NCBI GenBank assembly: GCA_002104945.1 | Contig: MCFH01000035.1 | Span: 372,001-436,000 of the forward strand | Direction of reading: 5' to 3' | DNA: 64,000 nucleotides | From: Piromyces finnis finn | Lineage: Eukaryota; Fungi; Neocallimastigomycota | Part shown: one piece after another, positions 46,996 through 57,800 of the stretch | How the letters are laid out: the number at the start of each line of letters is the position of its first letter | Numbering within the stretch: position 1 is the stretch's first letter | Position numbers and translations under genes: made by a program | The notes under the pieces: generated by a model | Databases searched by the model: none | The model's input: only the letters and a program-made list of their open reading frames with translations | What the model was told of the DNA's origin: nothing

Positions 46996-48477
46996 ATATA
47001 ATCAAAATGTTGTATAACAATAATTTATTATAAAAGAAAAAAATAAAAAATTGTAACAAATCTATTATTTCTTTTTGTAATGAATATAAATAATATATAA
47101 ATAATTTATTGATTGATATTATACGTACTAAATCGAGATAAACCAGAGGTAGATTATTTAGATTTTCAATTTTAGAAATGAAATTATGAGATAAGCTAAG
47201 ATGTGTAAGATATTTACAATTTTCGAAGCCTTCAATAACACTAATTAAATTTTCTAATTATGCGTTATAATACCCCAGGTTAATGTCATGAAGTACAATT
47301 TATTGTTATTATTATTATTATAAATTTTATAATATAAATTATTTAATATGGAAAAGAAATAAGATATATATATATAGTAATAATTATTAGTTTATTACAA
47401 GTCATATATCGTCATAAAAATAGGTTAGGTTTAAAATATATAAGCTAAGAATTTAATAATATTATTATATAAATATTTTTTATAAGATATTTTTATTTGA
47501 TTTATTTATTGTCACTTACTATCTAGACATATTTTTTTTAAAAATCGATTATTAGAAAGATTACTTATTTTTTCAATTTTATTTCTGGAGAAATCGATTT
47601 CCTTAAGATTAAAAGGATGCGGTTCAAAGTCAAGTAAACGCACAATATTATTATTGGAAAGGTCTAATTTAATTAAATATTGCATATTACTTAATACACT
47701 TATATCTTTTTTATTGATATTTCATTTTTTGTGACCAATTTTCAATATATAAAAGTTGGATTTCAAAGAATATGTTAAATTATAAAGTATAATAATATAA
47801 AGTTAGTTTTATTTCTAATATTAAAATATAAATATTTAAAGTAATACCAGATATGGAATTTCCTGATAATTCTAATTGTTGAATATATTTATAGTTTTGT
47901 AATACACTAATGTCATTTAAACCTATATTCTTGAAATAAATAAATGTTAAATTATATATGAATAATGTATGTATTTAAATAATAATAATAATAATAATAG
48001 TTATAAACAAGTTAAATCATAATGAATAATATATATGTATTTTCAACAATAATAACAATAATAAAAAGTTACTTCTAATGAAAGCTTTAGGTAGACAACA
48101 CTTTTACCATCTGGGGCAAGACCAGGATTTGAAAGACCATAACGTAATAATTTAATATCTAAAGGTAATATTTTTATTCTTTCATTTATGATATCTTCTG
48201 GTGTAATTTGAATAATCATTTCTTCTGCTTTTCTTTTTTCTTCCTCCAATTCTCTTAATCGTTGTTCTTCCAACTGGTTTTCTTTTTCTATTCTTTCTAA
48301 TTCTTCTGGTGATAATTCAGGTGCTTCTACAACAGATTCTTGATTTTTAGGTGATTTTTCATTGTCATTGGTATTTCCTTTCCCGTTCTTTTTAGATTTA
48401 TCTTTAGTGGCAGTTCTATCATCATTTTCATTTCCTTTTTTTCCATTTTCTTTTTTTTTAGTTGCAGTTTTTGTCAT
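44776..48477 (-). CDS. LRGUK: Leucine-rich repeat and guanylate kinase domain-containing protein (flagellar/axonemal LRGUK homolog), about 913 aa, 6 exons
   Basis: Exons 48477-48073, 47929-47848, 47705-47520, 47253-47129, 46907-46164 and 45975-44776, in phase. SDS22-like LRRs (LELSGNSI, LDLSNNNI, IDFSRNKI, LSLSHNFI, FDISHNRL), an LRR cap NNPV...LPTLKILDG..EKISSINTFQPPEFVV, and a degenerate GK domain (CSNPSCGK, YTT, YHYV, GKYFGISYDSV, LNIEGVK, FNYIILNENFD). Confidence 0.88.
45741..45819 (-). repeat. Coding hexamer repeat encoding (Ser-Gly)n in LRGUK exon 6
   Basis: (GAACCC)n and (GAACCA)n on the plus strand, about 13 units. Confidence 0.9.
46914..46997. repeat. (TAAA)n microsatellite in LRGUK intron 4
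   Basis: Directly visible; it causes the spurious IYLF-repeat ORF 46874-47059. Confidence 0.9.
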
Positions 48478-48896
48478 ATTTTTTTATTAATTGAAATATA
48501 AGTAATTATATTATTATATTATTTCTATATCTATGATTTATATTAGTAATGCTTTTTCTTTCTTTTGTAAACGCAAATGTTTATTTTCAGTATTTTTATT
48601 GTTTTTATTATTCTCTTATTATTTTTTTAATAATAAATTTTATTCTATTGTTTTGAATTTTTTTTTTTTTTTTTTAAAAATTTTAATTATTAAAAAATTT
48701 AACGAAACCATATAACTTTAAATTCTAATCTCAGCCAAAAAAAAAAAAAAAAAAATTAGTTTTCAATGGTACTTTTAGAAGAAAGTGCATCTTTTCTTTT
48801 ATTATAAAAATCATTTTGAAATTTTGAAATACTTTATTGAGGAAATCAATTTATTTTTTTTTTAAAAAAAAGGCTTTTTATTTAATTATTACAGTG

Positions 48897-49200
48897 AATA
48901 AATAAATAAATAAATAAATAAAAAATAAATATTTTAATGAATAAGTAAATAAATATAATAATTAAATGAATAAATAAATAAATAAATAAATAAATATTTT
49001 AATGAATGAATAAATAAATAAATATTTTAATGAATAAGTAAATAAATATAATAATTAAATGAATGAATAAATAAATAAATAAATAAATATTTTAATGAAT
49101 GAATAAATAAATAAATATTTTAATAAATAAATAAATAAATAAATATTTTAATGAATAAGTAAATAAATATAATAATTAATTAAATGAATGAATGAATAAA
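48897..49200. repeat. Compound (TAAA/TGAA)n satellite with a higher-order unit
   Basis: ATATTTTAATGAATAAGTAAATAAATATAAT recurs near 48930, 49022 and 49146, interleaved with TAAA runs. Confidence 0.85.
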
Positions 49201-50707
49201 TGTTAGAATATAAATTATATATAAATTAAATTAGTTAAAAATATATTAATTTAACATATTTAAATCTCATTGTTTGTCGTTTCGTTGTATAGATTCGTTG
49301 TATTTGACACGCGAGTCACAATTGGTATAAATCGCAATGTAATTTCAATGTAATTATTATAATAAATAAACCTTATTAAATATTAAAATAACTTAGCTTC
49401 TCTATTAATAAATAAGCTAATGAATAAATAACATCGAAAGAAAAACTCATTAAGGAAATAAAAGCAATTTTCTTTGACATGAACTAGAATAGGCTGCTTT
49501 CCTATTTTTTTTTATATTTAATGTGTAATTCAGTTTTTAATTAATTTTTTTTATGCAAATAAGTTATCTGATTTTTTTTTTTTTTTTTATTTTAACGTAT
49601 TTATTTTAAACTGTTTAATTGTAATAATAAACATAAACATAATAATATTATCTTTATATAAAGGTATCAACGCATGTTGATTTTAACTAATAAATTATGT
49701 TATATTTGTTTTTTTTCCCATAAAAATAGTGGTGGTAATAGTAAAAATTTAATCATCATAAAAAAAAAAAAAGTTGAAATAAAACTAAAAACCTTTATAA
49801 AAAGTTATTTTTTGTTCTTTATTTTTTAATAATAAAAAAAGATAAAGAAATAATAAGAAGTACTAATAAATAAAAAAGAAAGATACAGTCAACTTTATTA
49901 ACTTTTATTATTCTAAAAATATAACTAAATAAAATTAGAATTTTACTATTAATTTTTTTATATAAAGTCTCATTTCATTATTAATTTTATAAAAGGCTTT
50001 TTTTTTTTTTTTTTTACTTTAATACTATTAGCATTATAGTATTAATAGTTTTATTTTTTTAATGATAAACTTATTCAAAGAAAAAATCCTTCATATAACC
50101 AAAACATTCCTTCAATTTTATTGTTCTATTGTTGCTATAACTTCTTGACCTAATTGCTATTTATTTAATAAAAAAAATAATAATAATTAAACCAATAAAA
50201 AATTTTTTCTATTTGAAAATGATGATGATCTTGTTTTATAAAGTAATTGAAAACTAATGATATATCTATTAATTTTCAATTATTTAATTTATTCTAATAT
50301 TATAATAATAATATTAAATAAATTAAATTTAATATTATAAATTAAATAATATAATTTTATAAAATTTTAATGTTACACCATTTACATTAAAAGGTGGTAC
50401 TAAAAAATTAAATATTTAATACATATTTTAGTAGGATCAAGTCTAACAAAGTGATCTTTTTCTTATTGTTTATTAAATACGAAAAAAATATCAATGATAA
50501 AAAAATAAATAGAAAAAGAGGAAATTCTATAATAATTATTTGGCTATACTTATGAATTATAAATAGTAGTAGAAAGATTATACTAAACCTTTTTTTCTTG
50601 AAATTTATTCAGTGATTTTTTTATTTACTTTAAAAATGGAAAAATTTTAATTAATCATGTTTTTTATTAAATTAAAAGTAGGAAATTAAAAAGAAATCAA
50701 GCAGTCA

Positions 50708-50716
50708 ATAAATGAA

Positions 50717-50755
<39 letters not shown>

Positions 50756-50866
50756 GTAAGTAAATAAATAAATTAATAAACAAATGAATAAATAAATAAA
50801 TTAATAAATCAATCAATCAATAAATAAATAAATAAATAAATAAATAAGTAAATAAATAAATTAATA

Positions 50867-50897
<31 letters not shown>

Positions 50898-50976
50898 AAA
50901 TAAATGAATGAACGAATAAATAAATAAATAAATAAATAAGTAAATAAATAAATTAATAAATCAATCAATCAGTCAA

Positions 50977-51007
<31 letters not shown>

Positions 51008-51100
51008 ATGAACGAATAAATAAATAAATAAATAAATAAATAAATGAATGAACGAATAAATCAATAAATCAATCAATAAATAAATGAATGATAAATAAAC
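50708..51100. repeat. Compound tetranucleotide satellite (TAAA/TCAA/TGAA)
   Basis: About 390 bp of mixed tetramer arrays with recurring AAGTAAATAAATAAATTAATAAATCAATC and ATGAACGAATAAA blocks. Confidence 0.9.
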
Positions 51101-51230
51101 AGTTAACTAATATTTTTTTATTATCCTTTATTTAATCTTATAAAAAACTGGATGCGGAAATGTATTATTATTATATAGATTTCAAATTATTAATTTTTCT
51201 ATAAATTATTATTGATACTTATTCTCTTCC

Positions 51231-51791
51231 TTTTTTTTTTTTTTTTTTTTTTTTTTAACTTCCGAGTGCATTTCTCCCATCGATCAGAGTTAGCTCCAAT
51301 GGTGGTTCTTAGAGAAACGTTGGCTCATTCCTATTGCTAGGTGGTTGTGACCCTCCTGGTCTGTCATACTGTTTCTTCAGCTTCGACGCTCACTTAATCC
51401 ATGTACATTAGATGCATGTCGTTGTACGATATTTCACAACTATAATGCTAAGCCTCTTATAGTCAATTTGATCACGTGTCAACCGCCCCCTAATGTTTAC
51501 ACTTAAATTGATTAAGGAATATTATGTGTTTTTGGCATAGCCTAAGTCACCACTTATTAAGTTCTAATTTGGAATGTACCATGTACACTAGACCCTCTCA
51601 GGCCGGCTAGACGAGTGTTATTATCATAGTAGTAAATTAGAAAGTTCATTTATACTTACCTGAATATCATAACCCAACCCATGGCAAACCCAGTGGGAAA
51701 ATCCACAGGCACTGACATCTGCGGGGTCGAACCAGAAGCCTTATGTATGCTAAGGAAACGCCTTAACAACCAGGATAAAAACTGGAACGAC
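51231..51791 (-). mobile_element. tRNA-derived SINE-like retroposon with poly-A tail and target-site duplication
   Basis: GC-richer island flanked by the direct repeat TATTCTCTTCC (51220-51230 and 51792-51802). It has a 26-nt poly-A on the minus strand (51231-51256), a B box GGTTCGACCCC (51733-51723) and an A-box/D-arm-like TCCTGGTTGTTAAGG (51775-51761) at the 5' end. Confidence 0.8.
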
Positions 51792-52988
51792 TATTCTCTT
51801 CCTAGTCTAAAAAAAAAAATATTAGTAATACTAATAAAAGCTGTAAATATTTAAAAATGTCCAAAAAATGTCCAAAAATGACCATTATATTTTTTACCTT
51901 TTTTTAAAGTTTGTAAAGCTATAGAATAATACATTAGAGCATAGTACATAAATTAATAACCTCATTTTAAAGAGTTGATTAATACTTTTCTTAGAAAAAA
52001 GATTCTTAAAAAAAAACAAAAAACAAAGCCTACTAAAGAATTAAGGCAACTACGTTAAATTGTATTCTTCATATCCTCCATACATAGTTTCTATGAATCA
52101 TTTTGAAATTATTCCATACGTTTGAATATAATTTAGTATATTTCTAGTATATTCTAATATATAAATAATAGAAATATTTTATGAAATGTTACACATATTT
52201 GTTTTTAATTTATAATAAAGTATCAACTACAAATTGTAATTTGGTTTAACCAATAATTAAATTGATTCTTTTATTATTTAAAATACAATATATTAATATT
52301 ATATTAATTATTAATTAACCATCGCTAACTTTAATTTATATTAAAATTTAATTTATATTTTTTTAATTAAAAAAAAAATTAAAAACATCTTTTTATAATA
52401 ATATAAATCGTAATTCAGTTCAGTTTATTGACTCAGATTGATGGTTATTTTTTTAAAAGTTTATTAATATCTTAAATACTATAATTACTTAAATGACATA
52501 CATGCATATATAGTATGGTAAGTACATTAATATATACTATTAAATGTAATAAAAACTACATTATAAATTTAATATAGTATCATATTATTGCTAAGGGTAT
52601 CATAATAAACAAAGAATATAAAATGTATTTTGAAATTGTGTAATAAAGGATGAGTTAAATCTATCCTCTCTATTGCCTATTATAAATATCTCTGTATGCT
52701 CCTTTACAAGATTACAACAGGTGTAAGCAAAGTTTATTTCCAGTACTAAAATATCAAGTAGGATACATATCCATAAGTGAGAATTAGTATGATGTATAAG
52801 TGACAAAACAAATTTATTAGATATTGATTTAGGCAATCAACTTTAACGCTTGTGTAATAAATGCTAATTTAGCATAGATAAATGTAATCTTGGAATAAAT
52901 TCATAGAACATTAAATTCAAATCGTAGCAGTAAACATTATGGTATATGATATTTATGATATGATATTATATATGTCCTTATAATTGAA

Positions 52989-53067
52989 ATGGTGAACATT
53001 AAATAATACAAATATATTATATAATAGAATAAAATATAATATATTTGTATTATTTAATATTCACCAT
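52989..53067. repeat. Inverted repeat, 34-bp arms (33/34 match), 11-nt loop
   Basis: 52989-53022 versus 53034-53067. Confidence 0.9.
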
Positions 53068-54889
53068 ATATAATAGAATATACTTTAATATACTTTAATA
53101 AAATCTTTTTTCAACAGAAAAGCGAAAAATTTTATTATCAACAAACAAAATGAAATGAGTTGAATAGATTAATATTTAAATATGTAATATAATTTTTATG
53201 TATTATTCATTTATTAAAATCAATTATATTAAATCAAATAAATATATTAATATCTAATTTTTATTGGTTAAATTCTAATATAATTATTCATAAAACTACT
53301 TTCCTTTTTTAAGAGGAAAATAAACTATGAATTGCAATTTAATTATATAATATATTAATATTAAAACTATGCTATATATTTTAATAAAAGTAAAATATAT
53401 AGTAATATTTAAATACAATTAATTTCTAAATAATTCATAACTCAATTAGAATTTTAATCATAAAAAATTGTGCGTTTTTTTTATTTATTTTTAATATATT
53501 TTTGTATCAAATTTACCATTTACCATCCTTTTTTTTTTATTATTATTATTAATAAAATTATATAATATTTTTTTTAAAAAGTATATATATATGGAGTTTT
53601 ATTTTCACTCATTATTTGTTTTATATATTTAATATAAAAGAAAGCAAAAAGGGTTTTGTTTTAATAATAAACAAATCAACAATCAATTAATCATCAAAAA
53701 AGAAAATAAAAAAAAGATTTTTATATAATAAAAATTAATAAATTAATTAAAAAAAAATATATACAAAATATTAAAATTCAAAAATTAAAATTAAAATAAA
53801 ATATTGTTTTTTAAATGTATGAAAATACAACAAAATTAAAAAAAAAAAATCAAGAATTACAATAAATAAGGAATATAAAATAGTTATTTAATATCAAATT
53901 TTAAATATTAATTACAGATTTTAAAAAATAAAAATATATTTAAATAAGAGAAGTAAAACTTATTATACTGTAATTAATTTATTATAAAGTATAAAAAGAA
54001 TATTAATTTATTAAAAGATTCAAAAATTTATTGTTTTAAAACATTTTTTTTTTAATTGTTTTATTAAGTTCTGAAATATAATTTATAGTCTTTTTAAATA
54101 ATTTTATTCTTTGACTTATTCTATATTTATTTTTCCTTTTACTGTATATAAAAAATTGCATCATTATTCAATTTCAATACAATAGTTTAAAATAATATTT
54201 ATTACTTCTCATATTTATATATATTTTTATAAGGGTAAAAAGAAAAAAAAAAAAAGTAATAAATATTATTTAGTGAAAATAAATAGCTTATGAAACTTAA
54301 TAATATAGTCATTAATAATTTGTTTACTATTAATAAATTATAATTTTATTAAAAACAAAAACTTTGATATTTTTTAATTTTTTTATTTTATTTTATTAAA
54401 TAAAAATTTGGTAAATTTAACCTTTTTCTTTTCAATTTTACATTGCAAAAAAAAAAAAAATTAAAAAAAGAATAAAGTAAAAATAAACAAGTAATAATTA
54501 AACTTTTATAAAGAGGGAATTGAATTATTATAATAAAAAAGGTTATTATTCTTTAAATAAATATTAAATGCTATATTTCGTAATAAAGTTATTAACTTTT
54601 TTTTTTATATTATATTATAGCTGCTGGAATTTGCTTTATTTATTAAATGATTAAATTACTCAAAGAAAGAAAAAATATAATAATAAAAGATAATCAATTA
54701 TATATAAAAATATCATTATAATTAATATAGGTACTTTAATATATTGTTAATAAGTGTTAAAAATACACTCTAAATAATATTTAAGGTATTCTAAATATAT
54801 GAAAAAATACAAATTTAATAAAAAATCATACTTTTTACAGCAATTCAAGAATACTTTCTTTTTTCATATTTTCTTTATAGATTAAAAAT

Positions 54890-57800
54890 ATGTCAGGTAA
54901 AATAATATATAAATGTATAAATGTTTTATTACAAAATAGGTCAAAAATGGAATTACTATATATAAAAAGATGTTATTTTTAGTCTTATTTTTATAATATT
55001 TGATTATTAATGTTAATAATATTTTAATTTAATCAATTTATATTTATATTGAAAATATTTTAAAGAAAAACATCTTAAAAACCATGAGTTAAACGGAAAT
55101 GAGAATGGAAGTAATAATAAAATCAATGGTTCAAATGATATTTCATCCAATTGTAGTTCAGGTTCAAATATGAGCCAGAATGGTTGTGGAAAAGGTATAA
55201 TTCGTAGATCGAAGGCTTTATATGTAAGTTCAACTATGCCATTAAAAAGTCAGGTTCAAAATAATGGCTCAAGTATTACTGCTAATAAAACAGTTACTGG
55301 TATATACAATTATGGTGCAAATAATACAAATAATTGGAACGAATTATCTTTAAATGCCAAAAATAATTTTATGAGTTTAGATCGTCACATGAATCTTCCT
55401 AACTACAGTCAAGTTATGTCTCCTCCTTCAACACCACCATATAAGGCTCAATCATTAGGTCCTAATTCTGCAATGCAATATTCAAATGATTCATTAGATA
55501 GAAATAGTGTATATTCTTTACCTCCTGCTAATTCAATGACTATTCCTCAAGCTAATGCTAATATTACTAATTCATCTCTTTCTCCAAATATCTTACCTTC
55601 TACAAATATATTATCTTCATCTCCACCTCCATCTTACATACTTATTAATGGTAATACAAATATGGAAGTATCATCAATTCATTCCCCTACTTCTACTTAT
55701 AATGTTATTGAAGATAGTAACGGAAGGAAATTATCCACTCCTTCTTTGCAAGGATCTATTCAAATAAATGGTAATTATAATATTGTTGAAGATAATCATG
55801 GAAGAAGATTATCAAATTCTTCACAACAAAATGCTATACAAGTTTCAAATGGTAATCTTTTCCTTCAAAATGCTTATTCATCTTCATCCAATACTATAAT
55901 TTATGGTTCACCCACTTCATCTCCTCCTTCTTCACCTAAACAACAAAATATAATGTATTCATTACCACGTAACTTAAATTCTTCTCAAGGTATACTATTA
56001 TCCCAATCACCTACTAATCAAGGTCCTGGAGTTGTTCAAAGGTTCAAGAATTCACAAGTTCCAATAAGTCAACGTTACTCCCTTCCAATTTTAAGTAATT
56101 CTTATACAATGATGAATCCAAATTATGTTTCCAAATCAAACACAACAATTGATTATAGCAATAATAGTCCAATGCATCATCATCCAAGTCAATATAATGT
56201 TCTAAGCTTAAAAGAAAGTAATACCATTGGTAATTTTTCTGGTTTAAATATTAATGGTCAGGAGTATTATGTTAAACCAAAAAGTACTTCTTCTTCATTA
56301 ATGAATAGTAATAGTAAAGGATCAAATCACAGTTGTGCAAACACAAATTCTATGATAAGTAGAAATGGTAGTAAGAAATCAAGCCGTAGTGCAAATTCAA
56401 ACTCAATTCCAGCTAAGATACCAGTGAGAAAGGATAGCTCATGTTTAGTTGATAGTTTTAATAGCAATTATTCTTTGAATGCTAACTCTTTGCCAAAATC
56501 TCTATCATTATTTACATCTCCTACTAACTCTCAGGGTAGTAATGATCTACCTACCAATATTCCTTCAGATAATGTTAATGCTTCAATTTCACCAGTTGCT
56601 GTTTCTCAACCTATTGATATACCACTTTCTTCTAGAAGTTCTAGTTCTGATACTGATTCTTCCTTCTCATCTTACAGAAGTAGTAATTATGTTATGAGTA
56701 TTACTCAAGGTAATCAAATGGAATCTACTTATGCTGAAGTTCATCAGTGTCCACCTCCCTATGAACATAGTTTTATGGATCAAGACAGTATAGATTTAAA
56801 CAATAATGATCATGATTTAATATTTGATTTAGAGCATACCACTTCTATTCCTCGTTCAAATTCTGATGAAAAGGAATTGATAGAAGGCATGCCTAATCTT
56901 TTCAATAAAAATCGTTATTCTAAGGAATATTCAGCATTTGATCATGTATCATTTAATAATGATGCATTGTCATCACCTACTGCCTTTTCTAATTTTTTGG
57001 ATTCCTATTCTAGAATTTTTGATTATTATGGTGTTGATGGAGAAGGGAAGGAACATAAGGAACAACATGATGAAAAAGAGAATCAACTTATATTGGAGTC
57101 CAGTGTTTCTGAAGCAGAAAATATTCAAAAAAAGAGAGAAAGTAATGAAGTAAAGAGAAATTCAAGTACTCTTTTAGGTGTTGATATAAATGTTGAAAAA
57201 GAAATTTTAAAAAAGAGAAGTACTTTAAGATCAAAGGATCGTATTATTGCGGATGAAATTCTTCGTAAAATGAGTATATCGCATGCTAATAGTGTTAAAA
57301 AGGAGTCCTTAACTCATAAACAAAATTCTATAATTAAAGAGAAAACTACGAATACAAATGATACAAATGCTGATTCTGAAGTTATAGGAGAAGCTTGTTC
57401 TCATGATAATGATGATGCTTCTGTTCCTTCTGGCGAGCGTCCTGGAAACAATTTAGAAGAAAACGTGAAATCACCTGAATCTGAAGATTGTCAAAATATT
57501 ATTTCAGAAAACGAAAGTACTGTAACTGAACCAGCTCAAATAATAGAAAATTGCCAAGAGGATATTTCAGGAAAATCTGTATTAGGAAAATCAAGTATTA
57601 CTGATATTCATTTATTAGATAATGAAAAGGATACTATTGATATTGGTCTTGATATTTTTAATGATTTCTATGAAAAATGTCTAGAAAAAATTAATGTTGA
57701 AGAATCTGATACCAGTGAAAAAAGTGACCAAAGTTCATCATTAATTAAAAATAAAGAATCTATGGAGAATATTCCATCAATTGATCGTAATAATTCAATT

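Noticed and set aside
46874-47059. ORF with IYLF repeats
   Set aside because: Translation of the (TAAA)n array in LRGUK intron 4.
48478-49400. RFX X-box upstream of the ciliary gene LRGUK
   Set aside because: No GTTGCCATGGCAAC-like palindrome found; only a CpG-rich patch (GACACGCGAGTC near 49307) of unknown meaning.
51601-51620. HDV-like ribozyme (GGCCGGC start)
   Set aside because: I could not build the nested double pseudoknot; a 7-nt match is not evidence.
51652-51790. U1 snRNA (plus strand begins ATACTTACCTG)
   Set aside because: No U1-70K loop GATCAC, no U1A loop ATTGCAC and no Sm site follow; it is simply the reverse complement of a splice donor inside the SINE.
51723-51791. Functional tRNA gene
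   Set aside because: The B box is good but the acceptor and anticodon stems cannot be formed, and the segment is the head of a TSD-flanked, poly-A-tailed element.
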